The notes under the pieces: generated by a model
What the model was told of the DNA's origin: nothing
Seen by the model: the letters and a program-made list of their open reading frames with translations, nothing else
The model's database searches: none
NCBI GenBank assembly: GCA_964597545.1
Contig: CAZQXN010000009.1
Location: forward strand, 16-64,015
DNA: 64,000 nt
Reading direction: 5' to 3'
From: an uncultured Planctomycetia bacterium
Lineage (GTDB): Bacteria > Omnitrophota > Gorgyraeia > 1-14-0-20-64-10
Position numbers and translations under genes: made by a program
Shown here: positions 49,233-59,028 of the stretch, piece by piece
Layout: every line of letters begins with the position of its first letter
Numbering within the stretch: position 1 is the first letter of the stretch

Positions 49233-49457
49233 CCGTAACCCACCCCCGCCGCCGTTTAAGTTTCTGGCCTCGTCACTTAGATTTTCTGCCATCGGCCGTA
49301 AATCCGATGACAGAATTTAGGCAAGGTGATAAAGTAAATGAGGTTCAGACCTATGGAGCGCAGCGAACATGAGTCTGCGACCGAATTTATTTCGAGCGAA
49401 ACGAGAGATCTGACGCATTACTGGTTTACCCTACAACTTAATTGAATCCTAGGAGGA

Positions 49458-49778
49458 ATGGTCATGGCCTATGTTATTGACGAGCGGTGCCTCGGTGAGC
49501 AGTATGCCCAGTGTGTTGAGGTCTGCCCGGTAGACTGTATTTATGCCGGCGACCACAACGGCGAGCCCTTCATGGTGATTGATCCCGAGGTGTGCATCAC
49601 CTGCGGGGCCTGCGTGCCGGTTTGTCCAGTAGGCGCCATCCTAGAATCCGAGGAGCTCAATGCTGAGTATGCGAAGCTCAATGCGGAACTTTCCCCTCAG
49701 TGGAAGGACAATCCCAAGGTGACTCCGCGCCCCAGCGACGAGCCACCCCGTAAACCCCACCACAAGCTGGTTATCTGA
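49458..49778 (+). CDS. Ferredoxin (7Fe/8Fe dicluster type)
   Basis: CVEVCPVDC and CITCGACVPVCP; AGGAGG upstream (start may be 49464). Confidence 0.9.
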   Translation: MVMAYVIDERCLGEQYAQCVEVCPVDCIYAGDHNGEPFMVIDPEVCITCGACVPVCPVGAILESEELNAEYAKLNAELSPQWKDNPKVTPRPSDEPPRKPHHKLVI

Positions 49779-49796
49779 TCTCTTTCGATCTTCCGG

Positions 49797-51389
49797 ATGA
49801 CGGTCGCATCGGAGGAAGTTAAGCAGCGCGCCACAAACCCTTTCCTCATTAGCGAAAAACTCGAAGCGGTATCGCGACAAGGATGTGCTTGCCTTTCTGA
49901 GGAGGATCGCCTGCTCCTGCCATGGGCAGGGCTCTTTCCCTATTCGGATAAGCCTGATTATTGCATGCTGCGCTTGAAGATCCCTGGCGGGGGATTGATG
50001 AGCGGACAGCTCAAACATCTGGCCCAGCTGACGCAAGAGCAGACCCACAAGTTTGTAGACCTGACCACACGGCAGGAGATCCAGTTGATCGGGGTACCGC
50101 TCAAGGCTGCCCATGCCCTTTTAGATTCCTTGGAAACTGTGGGGTTGTCCTCCTGGGGAGCAGGGGGGGATACCGTACGCAATGTCGTAGGATGCCCTGT
50201 GAGCGGATTATCCGCAGAAGAGTCCTGGGATCCCTCCGGCGCATTGCTTGAGGCGCATCAAGCCTTCCTGAGGGATCCTGAGTTTTCCAACCTTCCGCAG
50301 GAGCTTACCATCTCCATTTCGGCTTGCCCACAGCAGTGCCAGCATCCCGAGATCCACTGCGTAAGCCTCGTTGGCATGACGCGCAAAGTGGGCGAAGCTG
50401 TTCAGCCGGGGTTTGATCTTCGTCTTGGGGGGGCGCTGGCCCCCGAACCTTGCTTTGCTCAACGCCTAAACACCTTTGTTCCCTCAGAACAGGTTATCCC
50501 TGTCTTAAAAGCTGTTGCTCTGCTCTATCGGGATGCCGCGGGTTTAAGGGCAGACCGTGCGCGGGCTCGATTGAGTTTTCTCGTGGCCGAGCTGGGGCCC
50601 TCTGGTTTCCGGGCTGCGCTTGAAGAAAAGCTTGGGCACCGCCTCGAGGAGGTCGGCCCCTCCGAGGACCCTCCGGACACCTGCCAGGATCACGTGGGGG
50701 TGCACGAACAAAAACAAAAGGGACTCTTCTGCATTGGAATCCCGGTTTTGGCAGGGCGGTTGAGTGCGGAGCAGATGGCAAAGGTAGCCGACCTTTCCGA
50801 GCGCTACGGCGGCGGCACGCTTCGGATAACCGCTCGGCAGAATCTACTGCTCGGAGGCATTCCTCAAGAGCGCGTTGCTCAGGTCATGGAGGGGTGTGAG
50901 TCGGTGGGTTTGAAGGTGAATGCCTCGGCGCTCCTGCGCGCGGTGGTGACCTGCACCGAAACGCCCCCTGCTCCCCCGGACAGCACTGAGGCCAAAGCGC
51001 GGAGCGAGGAGTTGGTTGAATACCTGCAAACCCAAGTCTTGCTGGATGAACCCTTAAGGATTCATCTTTGCGGCTGCGGCGCTACCTGCGCCGTGATACC
51101 CATCGCGCACATTGGCCTGGCGGCGACGACGGTGGAGGTGGAGGGTCAAGCCATTGATGCCTATGATGTTGCCTTGGGAGGAGGGATGGGCGCTCAGCGC
51201 GCTTTCAGCCGTTGGGTGGTTCGGGGTATTCCTGCCGCCGAGCTTAAACTTCGCCTGGAGCGGTTGCTGGTGGGCTACAAGAAAGGGCGCAAGGCCAAGG
51301 GGAAGGAGACCTTTAACGCTTTCTGTCAACGGGTAGGAGAAGAAGCTCTTGTGCGACTTTTGGAAAAGAAGAAGGAGGAAGAGCAATGA
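49797..51389 (+). CDS. Nitrite/sulfite reductase family protein with a degenerate active site
   Basis: MLRLKIPGG, TTRQ, VRNVVGCP, DHVGVHEQKQ, ITARQN retained; LPRKFK and CxxxxxC motifs altered. Confidence 0.8.
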   Translation: MTVASEEVKQRATNPFLISEKLEAVSRQGCACLSEEDRLLLPWAGLFPYSDKPDYCMLRLKIPGGGLMSGQLKHLAQLTQEQTHKFVDLTTRQEIQLIGVPLKAAHALLDSLETVGLSSWGAGGDTVRNVVGCPVSGLSAEESWDPSGALLEAHQAFLRDPEFSNLPQELTISISACPQQCQHPEIHCVSLVGMTRKVGEAVQPGFDLRLGGALAPEPCFAQRLNTFVPSEQVIPVLKAVALLYRDAAGLRADRARARLSFLVAELGPSGFRAALEEKLGHRLEEVGPSEDPPDTCQDHVGVHEQKQKGLFCIGIPVLAGRLSAEQMAKVADLSERYGGGTLRITARQNLLLGGIPQERVAQVMEGCESVGLKVNASALLRAVVTCTETPPAPPDSTEAKARSEELVEYLQTQVLLDEPLRIHLCGCGATCAVIPIAHIGLAATTVEVEGQAIDAYDVALGGGMGAQRAFSRWVVRGIPAAELKLRLERLLVGYKKGRKAKGKETFNAFCQRVGEEALVRLLEKKKEEEQ

Positions 51390-51805
51390 AGCTTGCAAGG
51401 ATAGTGATCGCGGGGGTGCTGGTTACACTCTTTGACGCTGTTGTGGGTATGGTGACTTGCGGTTGGATCTTTAATTGGGTTTATCATCTGGAGCCGACAT
51501 CGGTCTGGAAAGCAGGTGCTTTGGATGCGCCTCCGGGGGTGCTCTATTACGCTGGGAGCATCCTGCTCAGCATTGCTCTGGCTTTTGTGTACGCCTTGCT
51601 TCGCCGCGGCATTCCAGGTAAGACCCAGTTGGTCCGCGGGTTGGTGTTTGGGCTCTGCGTCTGGGTGGTCGGCATGCTGCCCGGGATGTTTGCCCTGCAT
51701 TACTTCACGTCGATTGCCGCGACGGTTATCCTCTATTGGACGCTCATTGGCTTAGTCCAGAGCCCGCTTAGAGGTCTCATCATCGCGGCGGTCTACGGAG
51801 AGTAA
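51386..51805 (+). CDS. Hypothetical membrane protein (about 4 TM helices)
   Basis: Hydrophobic 139-aa ORF, ATGA-coupled to the upstream gene. Confidence 0.75.
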   Translation: MKLARIVIAGVLVTLFDAVVGMVTCGWIFNWVYHLEPTSVWKAGALDAPPGVLYYAGSILLSIALAFVYALLRRGIPGKTQLVRGLVFGLCVWVVGMLPGMFALHYFTSIAATVILYWTLIGLVQSPLRGLIIAAVYGE

Positions 51806-51872
51806 ATACCCTTCGGATATATGCGCCTGGGCTGATTCTCTGTTGTAAAATAAACGGAGCGTACCCCAGGAA

Positions 51873-52592
51873 CTATCGCTTCAGATTCCAGTTGGAAGAG
51901 GCATAGCGGCTCTTCGCCGTTTCTCTGATCTGGGATTGAGGAAGGGCCGTCAGTTTTCCTTTAGCGTCCCACACGCTTCGCAGTGCCGCCTTGATGGTTT
52001 GGGCCGTAAGGGGAAGGGGCGCGAGAAAGGCAGCATGGCTCCTCTTGTTTCGGTAAGACGGCTGTTTGGCAGGTAGGGGCAAGAGCTGTTTCATGAGCTT
52101 CACGTCGGCCTGAATAAGAAAGGTTCCATGAAAGAGCAGGGCTCGGCGCTTGCGCCGCTGTGCATTGCCTGAGAATTTCATGGTACCGAGCGTTAAATCG
52201 GTATCCCCCTGAATCCTGATCGGTTGCCCCAGGAGAGGTTCCAGCGCTTGGCGGTTGCGGTTCAAGACAAAGCGATTGGTTCCACCGATGGTGGTCAGTG
52301 CGCCGGAATCAGGAATCTTCAATATCAGGCTGAAGTTCAGGCAGCCGGGTCCCTGGAGCACTGCGCCGCCTCCGCTGATGCGTCTGAGGACCGGGATCTT
52401 GAGGCGCTTGGCCGCGGCCAAGTTCACCTCTGCTTGTGCGCGATTGGACAAGCCTAAGACCACAAAGGGGCGTGGTGTCTCCCAGAAGCGAAGCACCTCA
52501 TGCGGGAAACCGGCTTCGACGAGGTCCAAGAGGATCTGGTCGCAAGCGAGATTGAGTTCCGGCGTTGGTAATGTGAGTTCCAGCGTCTTCAT
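51873..52592 (-). CDS. Lipoate-protein ligase family protein
   Basis: NLACD, LRFWE, RRISGGGAV, KFSGNAQ, HGT; start moved to ATG 52592. Confidence 0.9.
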   Translation of the reverse strand: MKTLELTLPTPELNLACDQILLDLVEAGFPHEVLRFWETPRPFVVLGLSNRAQAEVNLAAAKRLKIPVLRRISGGGAVLQGPGCLNFSLILKIPDSGALTTIGGTNRFVLNRNRQALEPLLGQPIRIQGDTDLTLGTMKFSGNAQRRKRRALLFHGTFLIQADVKLMKQLLPLPAKQPSYRNKRSHAAFLAPLPLTAQTIKAALRSVWDAKGKLTALPQSQIRETAKSRYASSNWNLKR

Positions 52593-52619
52593 TTGATTGA
52601 AAACCATTATAGCTTGACC

Positions 52620-55184
52620 ATGACAGCTCCACCATCTTCCAGCAGGGCTCCCGATCGCCCCCAGGCACCTTGGGCGGTGGGGTCCCCTTATGTCAATACG
52701 ATCTCGCCCCAGGCTGAGCCTGCTTTTCCCGGGGATCGGAAGATTGAGCGGCGCATCAAGAGCTTGATCCGTTGGAATGCGATGTCTATGGTGGTCAAGG
52801 CCAACCGAATTCACGACGGCATCGGAGGCCACATCTCCACCTTTGCTTCCTCTGCCACCCTTTATGAGGTTGGTTTTAACCACTTCTTCCGAGGGCCCCA
52901 CGGGGAGGGGCCGGGGGACCTGATCTATTTCCAAGGGCATGCGGCTCCGGGCAATTATGCACGGGCTTTCCTGGAGCGGCGTCTGGACATTAAGCATCTG
53001 CATCACTTCCGCCAAGAATTGGCGCACGGGGGAGGGGGGCTTTCCTCCTATCCCCACCCGTATCTGATGCCCTTCTTCTGGCAGTTTCCGTCGGTTTCCA
53101 TGGGGCTGGCGCCGGTCATGTCCATTTACCAGGCCCGTTTTAGCCGTTACCTTCAGGCCCGAGGATTTCTTAAAGGTCCAGAGCCTAAGGTTTGGGCCTT
53201 TGTGGGTGATGGCGAATGCGACGAACCAGAGTCCTTAGGAGCTTTGACGCTGGCCTCGCGAGAGGGACTGGACAACCTGATCTGGGTCGTCAACTGTAAT
53301 CTCCAGCGGCTGGATGGGCCGGTACGCGGCAACGGGAAGATCATCCAGGAGCTTGAGGCCGCTTTCCAGGGGGCCGGGTGGAATGTGATTAAGGTCATCT
53401 GGGGCTCGAATTGGGATCCCCTTTTGGCCGCCGATCAGAAGGGACTGCTCTTAAAGCGCATGGAAGAGGCGGTGGATGGGGATTACCAGAAATACTCGGT
53501 TGAGCCCGGAAGTTACGCCAGGAAACATTTCTTTGCGAAATATCCAGAGCTTCTGCGCATGGTCAATCACTTGACCGACGTCGAGATCCAGAAGCTGGTG
53601 CGGGGCGGGCATGATCCCGAGAAGGTGTATGCTGCCTATCATGCAGCGGTTCGCCACCAAGGGGCTCCCACGGTGATTTTGGCCAAAACCGTCAAGGGGT
53701 ATGGATTGGGGGAAGCCGGCGAGGGGCGTAACATCACGCACCAGCAGAAGAAGCTCAATGAGAAGGAGCTTCGGGAATTCCGAAGCCGCTTTGACATCCC
53801 GATCAACGATGAGGAGGTAGTGGATGCCCCTTTTTATCGGCCTCCCTTAGAGAGCGAAGAGACCCGGTATTTGTTGGAGCGCCGCAAGGCACTGGGTGGT
53901 TTTGTGCCGGAGCGCAAGGTCCATCCGGTGGCCCTTAAGGTGCCTGGAGCTGACCTCTATCAGGAGTTTTTAGCTGGATCCGGGCGGACATCAGTTTCCA
54001 CCACCATCTCTTTTGTTCGGCTGTTAAGCAAGCTGCTTCGGGATAAGGAGGTGGGTCGTCAGATTGTTCCGATCATTCCGGATGAAGCCCGAACCTTTGG
54101 CATGGATACCCTCTTCCGACAGGTTGGTATCTATGCGAACCGGGGCCAGCTGTATGAGCCGGTGGACCGGGAGACCCTCCTTTTTTACCAGGAGGCGAAA
54201 GACGGTCAGCTGCTGGAAGAGGGGATTACCGAGGCCGGTGCCACCTCTTCGTTTATTGCAGCAGGGACTGCTTATTCCAACTTTCATGTGCCCATGATCC
54301 CCTTTTACATTTACTACGCCATGTTTGGTTTTCAGCGGGTTGGGGATCTGCTTTGGGCGGCTGCGGATTCCCGAACCAAGGGATTCTTGCTGGGGGCGAC
54401 GGCAGGCCGCACCACCCTTCAAGGGGAGGGGCTGCAGCACCAGGATGGACACAGCCATCTGCTGGCCACGACAATCCCGACGCTCCTCACCTATGATCCG
54501 GCCTTTGCCTATGAGGTGTCGGTGATCATTCGAGAGGGGATGCGGCGGATGTATGTGGAGGGGGAGGAGATTTTCTATTACTTGACCCTCTACAATGAGA
54601 ATTATCCGATGCCGACAATGCCAAAGGGGGTCGAGGAAGGAATCCTTAAGGGGCTCTACAAGTACCGATCGGGGGCGAAGGCCAAACGGCACAAGGTGCA
54701 CCTGCTGGGCTCCGGTCCGATCCTAAATCAAGTGCTTGAGGCGCAGAAGCTCTTGGCAGAGCGCTACGATGTCTCTGCCGATGTCTGGTCAGCTACCAGC
54801 TATAAAACATTGCGCACCGAAGCCATGGAGGCGCAGCGGTGGAACATGCTGCATCCCACCGAGCAGCCCAAATGCTCCTACTTGGAGTCGGTTTTAAAGG
54901 GCGAAGAAGGTGTTTTTGTGGCGGCCTCAGACTATGTGAAGGCAGTTTGTGAGCAGATTGCCCCTTGGGTGCCGGGGGGATTGACAGTGTTGGGGACAGA
55001 TGGGTTCGGGCGAAGCGACACTCGAAAGGCCTTACGGCGCTTCTTTGAAGTGGATACTGAGATGATTATGGTGGCCACGCTTTACGCGCTTGCACAAAAA
55101 GGAAAGGTGGGGATGCCCTTGGTCGCACAGGCCATCGACGATCTTGGCGTTGATCCTGAGAAGCTCCATCCCCAATTTGCATAA
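52620..55184 (+). CDS. aceE: Pyruvate dehydrogenase E1, homodimeric type
   Basis: YVNTI, IRWNA, GLSSYPHP, GDGECDE, NLQRLDGPVRGN, GEGLQHQDG, LGTDGFGRS. Confidence 0.95.
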   Translation: MTAPPSSSRAPDRPQAPWAVGSPYVNTISPQAEPAFPGDRKIERRIKSLIRWNAMSMVVKANRIHDGIGGHISTFASSATLYEVGFNHFFRGPHGEGPGDLIYFQGHAAPGNYARAFLERRLDIKHLHHFRQELAHGGGGLSSYPHPYLMPFFWQFPSVSMGLAPVMSIYQARFSRYLQARGFLKGPEPKVWAFVGDGECDEPESLGALTLASREGLDNLIWVVNCNLQRLDGPVRGNGKIIQELEAAFQGAGWNVIKVIWGSNWDPLLAADQKGLLLKRMEEAVDGDYQKYSVEPGSYARKHFFAKYPELLRMVNHLTDVEIQKLVRGGHDPEKVYAAYHAAVRHQGAPTVILAKTVKGYGLGEAGEGRNITHQQKKLNEKELREFRSRFDIPINDEEVVDAPFYRPPLESEETRYLLERRKALGGFVPERKVHPVALKVPGADLYQEFLAGSGRTSVSTTISFVRLLSKLLRDKEVGRQIVPIIPDEARTFGMDTLFRQVGIYANRGQLYEPVDRETLLFYQEAKDGQLLEEGITEAGATSSFIAAGTAYSNFHVPMIPFYIYYAMFGFQRVGDLLWAAADSRTKGFLLGATAGRTTLQGEGLQHQDGHSHLLATTIPTLLTYDPAFAYEVSVIIREGMRRMYVEGEEIFYYLTLYNENYPMPTMPKGVEEGILKGLYKYRSGAKAKRHKVHLLGSGPILNQVLEAQKLLAERYDVSADVWSATSYKTLRTEAMEAQRWNMLHPTEQPKCSYLESVLKGEEGVFVAASDYVKAVCEQIAPWVPGGLTVLGTDGFGRSDTRKALRRFFEVDTEMIMVATLYALAQKGKVGMPLVAQAIDDLGVDPEKLHPQFA

Positions 55185-55185
55185 G

Positions 55186-56439
55186 ATGGAGATCCGACTT
55201 CCCCAACTGGCTGAAGGGGCTGATTCCGGAACCGTGGTCAATCTCTTGGTTTCTGTAGGGGATAAGATCGAGAAGGATCAGACGATTTTGGAGCTGGAGA
55301 ACCAAAAGGCCGTTGCCCCCATTCCATCCCCTGCGTCCGGAAAGGTAGAGCAAATTCATGTCAAGGAAGGGGATGCGGTTGCGGTTGGCCAACCCTTGAT
55401 TGTTTTGGCTGAGGTTGGCAGGGACTTAGGTTCTTCTGAGGGTCGGGCAGCTCCTGCGGCTTCAACGGTTCGCTCCATCCCGAAGCCGACCACCCCTTCG
55501 GGTGCGGTTCCTGGCAGCCGTCAGGTCCCGTCACCCTCTGGGGCATCACCGCCTGCAGCCCCCTCCATACGTAAGATGGCAGAGGAGCTGGGATTGAATT
55601 TGACTCAGATTCCTGGCAGCGGTCGCGGGGGAAGGATTACCCGGGAAGATGTTCAGGGTTATCTGGCCGCACTTCAATCTACTTCGGGAGGACAGAAGCC
55701 TGCAGCAGCAGCGCCTCAAATTGATTTTTCCAAGTGGGGCAAGGTGACCCGCAAGCCATTATCCCCCTTACGGCAGACCGTGGCTCGCGTGATGACAGAG
55801 TCATGGAATAGCATCCCCCATGTCACTCAGTTTGGCCAGGCCGATGTCACCGACCTCTTGGCGCTCAAGCAGAGGTACGACAGTGATTACCGCCAGAGGC
55901 AGGCGCCCTTGACCATGACCTCCTTTATCTTGAAGGCTGTGATTCGCCCCCTTCGAAAGTTCCCCCTCTTTAACGCCAGCCTTGATGAGGCGGCCAAGGA
56001 ATTGGTGCTCAAGGAGTACCTGCACATCGGTATTGCTGTGGATACTCCGGAAGGTCTTTTAGTCCCGGTCCTCAGGGATGCAGATCGGCAGAGCACCGAA
56101 GAGCTCTCCAGGCAACTGAGCGCGCTTGCCGAGCGCGCAAGAGCGCGTAAGCTTAACCTAGATGAGATGCGGGGGGCCTCCTTTACTATCTCGAATCAGG
56201 GGGGGATTGGCGGGACACACTTTACCCCGATCATCCCTTGGCCGCAGGTGGCCATTTTGGGGGTGGGGCGCGCAGCGGCACAGCCGGCGCCTCGGGGCAA
56301 TACCGTTGAGAGCCGAACGATGCTTCCCTTGGCCCTTTCCTATGATCACCGGGTGGTTGACGGCGCTGATGCTGCCCGATTTATTACAGAACTTATCAAC
56401 ACCCTTGAACAGTTTCCTGAAGAGGAGGTCAGACCGTGA
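55186..56439 (+). CDS. aceF: Dihydrolipoamide acetyltransferase E2 (single lipoyl domain)
   Basis: Lipoyl ENQKA, binding domain GSGRGGRIT, catalytic DHRVVDG; ATG at 55186. Confidence 0.92.
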   Translation: MEIRLPQLAEGADSGTVVNLLVSVGDKIEKDQTILELENQKAVAPIPSPASGKVEQIHVKEGDAVAVGQPLIVLAEVGRDLGSSEGRAAPAASTVRSIPKPTTPSGAVPGSRQVPSPSGASPPAAPSIRKMAEELGLNLTQIPGSGRGGRITREDVQGYLAALQSTSGGQKPAAAAPQIDFSKWGKVTRKPLSPLRQTVARVMTESWNSIPHVTQFGQADVTDLLALKQRYDSDYRQRQAPLTMTSFILKAVIRPLRKFPLFNASLDEAAKELVLKEYLHIGIAVDTPEGLLVPVLRDADRQSTEELSRQLSALAERARARKLNLDEMRGASFTISNQGGIGGTHFTPIIPWPQVAILGVGRAAAQPAPRGNTVESRTMLPLALSYDHRVVDGADAARFITELINTLEQFPEEEVRP

Positions 56440-57872
56440 CAAAGAGCCACTCCCACGCCATCGAAACCGACCTGGTTGTTCTCGGGGCAGGCCCAGGGGG
56501 AACTGCAGCTGCCTTTTATGCAGCGGACAAGGGCAGGCAGGTGGTTCTTGTTGAGCAGGCCGAGCGTTTGGGCGGCGTGTGCCTTCATCGCGGCTGCATT
56601 CCCTCCAAGGCGCTGCTGCATGCAACTGAGCCCCTTCGAGAGGCCGAAGCTTCCAAGGGGCGCGGGATTGATCTGGGTACCCCCAAGGTACAGTCTCAGA
56701 AGCTTCGCGCATGGAAGAATTCGGTGATTGAAAAGTTGGCCGGCGGATTGGAGCTGTTGCGCAGGAAGCGCAACGTCGAACGGGTCATCGGCCGCGGCCA
56801 CTTTGAGGATTCCAACACGTTGCGGGTGGAGACGCCCGAAGGGCAGCTCTTTATTCGGTACAAGTCTGCAATCATTGCGGTGGGTTCCAGGCCTGCCATG
56901 CCGCACACCTTTGATTTGGGCAATCCCCGCATCATGACCTCCACCGAAGCGTTGAATGTAGAGGAGACCCCCAAGGAGCTGTTGGTGGTAGGCGGCGGCT
57001 ACATTGGGATGGAGTTGGGGACCCTGTATGCCTCACTCGGCTCCCAAGTGGTCATGGTTGAGGCATTGAACACCTTGTTGTTAGGGGCTGATCCGGATTT
57101 GGTTCGCCCGGTCATGCGCTATGCTGAGCGAGCTTTCAAGGCGGTCCGTTTGAACACTAAGGTTCTCAAGATGGCCACCTCCGGCAAGAAGATCAAGGTG
57201 GCCATGGAGACCGATGGCAACAAAACCGAAGAGAATTACGACCGCGTCCTGGTTTCGGTGGGGCGCGCCCCGAATTGCGATGATCTGGGCCTGGAGAACA
57301 CCCGGGTTGCCCGAGACGAAAAGGGATTTATCCAGGTCAATCAGCGCCAACAGACGGCAGATTCTGCCATCTACGCTATCGGGGATGTGGTGGGTGGGGT
57401 TCTCTTGGCCCACAAGGCCTCTAAGGAGGCGCGGATTGCCGTGGAGGTGATCATTGGAGAGGCCAGCGCTTTCGAGAACATTGTCATTCCTGCGGTGGTC
57501 TTTGCTGATCCCGAGGTGGCTTGGTGCGGTTTGACCGAGACTCAGGCCCGAGAGAAGGGCATCCCGATTCAGGTCACGCGCTTTCCATGGGGCGCCTCCG
57601 GGCGCGCCATTACGCTGGATCGGACTGACGGGATGACCAAACTGATTTTGGAACCCCAGACCGATCGGATCCTGGGCGTGGGGATTGTTGGCGTCGGGGC
57701 AGGAGAACTGATCAGCGAAGGAGTGCTGGCGGTTGAGATGGGAGCGACTGCCAAGGACTTGGCAGAAACCGTCCATCCTCACCCCACCCTCTCAGAAACC
57801 CTTATGGAGTCTGCCGAGGCCTTTTACGGAACTGCAACCCATACCTTTTCCCCGCGCGCGAAACGCCCGTGA
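56436..57872 (+). CDS. lpdA: Dihydrolipoamide dehydrogenase
   Basis: GGVCLHRGCIPSK, HPHPTLSE. Confidence 0.96.
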   Translation: MTKSHSHAIETDLVVLGAGPGGTAAAFYAADKGRQVVLVEQAERLGGVCLHRGCIPSKALLHATEPLREAEASKGRGIDLGTPKVQSQKLRAWKNSVIEKLAGGLELLRRKRNVERVIGRGHFEDSNTLRVETPEGQLFIRYKSAIIAVGSRPAMPHTFDLGNPRIMTSTEALNVEETPKELLVVGGGYIGMELGTLYASLGSQVVMVEALNTLLLGADPDLVRPVMRYAERAFKAVRLNTKVLKMATSGKKIKVAMETDGNKTEENYDRVLVSVGRAPNCDDLGLENTRVARDEKGFIQVNQRQQTADSAIYAIGDVVGGVLLAHKASKEARIAVEVIIGEASAFENIVIPAVVFADPEVAWCGLTETQAREKGIPIQVTRFPWGASGRAITLDRTDGMTKLILEPQTDRILGVGIVGVGAGELISEGVLAVEMGATAKDLAETVHPHPTLSETLMESAEAFYGTATHTFSPRAKRP

Positions 57873-58762
57873 GCGTGTTGCCCCCCTCCTCCGTGCGGCC
57901 GCAAACGGCTCCTCTGTATATTGACCCCCGCGTTGTCGTAGGCGAGAAGCGTCAGGCCATGAACCGTCAGGTCTTGAAAGAGTGCGCCGAGGACCTGGAG
58001 GATTTCATGGGCCGCTCCATGCAGGAGATCGCGGAGGAGTGGTGGGCCAACAAAGAGGCGGTGCACAGGCTTGAAGAGCATCTGCTGCAAACCGCAACCG
58101 ATCCCCGCCCGATCACAGAATTCTATGCAACGACCGACTATTACCTCTACGAGAGCACCTACTGGGAGGCGCAGGCGGACAAACAGCAAGAGTTTCGCAA
58201 GCTGTGGCTGGCATGCCGCCGATTGGGGCTTACGCGTCTGTTGGATTTCGGTGGTGGCACAGGGGGTGCCACCCGCTATTTTCACAAGCGTGGGATTGCC
58301 TGCGACTATTTGGATGTCCCGGGAAGAACTTTTGATTTTGCGCGCAGGCGGATTGAAAAGCACAATATCCCAGTTCGGATCTTCAGCGCTTTAGATCCAA
58401 AAGCACCGCCTCAGGGGGTCTATGACGGGGTGATGGCCTATGATGTGCTGGAACACCTCTTCGATGTCCCTGCAGCTCTGCGTCAGATTGCTGGTCTGTT
58501 GCGGTCGGGGGGAATCTTCTTTGTGAAGTCCACTTTTATGGGGGGTGGGGCGCACCTCTCCAAAAACGATATCTACGAAGAGCTCCCCAACCTGAACCGA
58601 ACAGCAGCCGAGTGCGGGTTTCGCTTTTTGGGGCAGCTCAAAACCGACCGGATGAGCCGCTTACTCTCCCGCTTAGGGCTCAGGTACGCAACCCTGGGGG
58701 TTCGGATTGCGCTCCGCAAGAAGACCGGCGGCAACATTCTTGTGTACCGGAAGGGTTCATGA
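57869..58762 (+). CDS. Class I SAM-dependent methyltransferase
   Basis: LLDFGGGTG, YD....DVLEHL; GTGA-coupled to lpdA. Confidence 0.85.
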   Translation: MSVLPPSSVRPQTAPLYIDPRVVVGEKRQAMNRQVLKECAEDLEDFMGRSMQEIAEEWWANKEAVHRLEEHLLQTATDPRPITEFYATTDYYLYESTYWEAQADKQQEFRKLWLACRRLGLTRLLDFGGGTGGATRYFHKRGIACDYLDVPGRTFDFARRRIEKHNIPVRIFSALDPKAPPQGVYDGVMAYDVLEHLFDVPAALRQIAGLLRSGGIFFVKSTFMGGGAHLSKNDIYEELPNLNRTAAECGFRFLGQLKTDRMSRLLSRLGLRYATLGVRIALRKKTGGNILVYRKGS

Positions 58763-59028
58763 TGGCAGGCGAAACAGCACAGCGCATCCTGGAATTTGTT
58801 CAGGGCACCTTTGCCGTCCGCCTTGAAAGCGCGGGGAAGCTGGATCTTTCCAGCCCGCTGTTTTCTTCTCAGGTGATCGACTCGATGGGAGCGGTAGAAT
58901 TGCTGGCATTCATCGAGCAGGAATTTCATGTTTCTATCGACCTGACGATTGAAGAGCTGCGGCGCTTGGACAGCGCGGAGAATTTTGCCGCCCACGTCGA
59001 ATCCCTTCAACAGGCTCAGCCGAAATGA
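58759..59028 (+). CDS. Acyl carrier protein (DltC-like)
   Basis: Phosphopantetheine site IDSMGAVELL, FIEQEF.V.I; ATG at 58759 overlaps the upstream stop. Confidence 0.88.
   Translation: MMAGETAQRILEFVQGTFAVRLESAGKLDLSSPLFSSQVIDSMGAVELLAFIEQEFHVSIDLTIEELRRLDSAENFAAHVESLQQAQPK

Noticed and set aside
52593-53057. Long N-terminal extension of the lipoate ligase ORF
   Set aside because: It is antisense to aceE; ligase motifs begin after ATG 52592.
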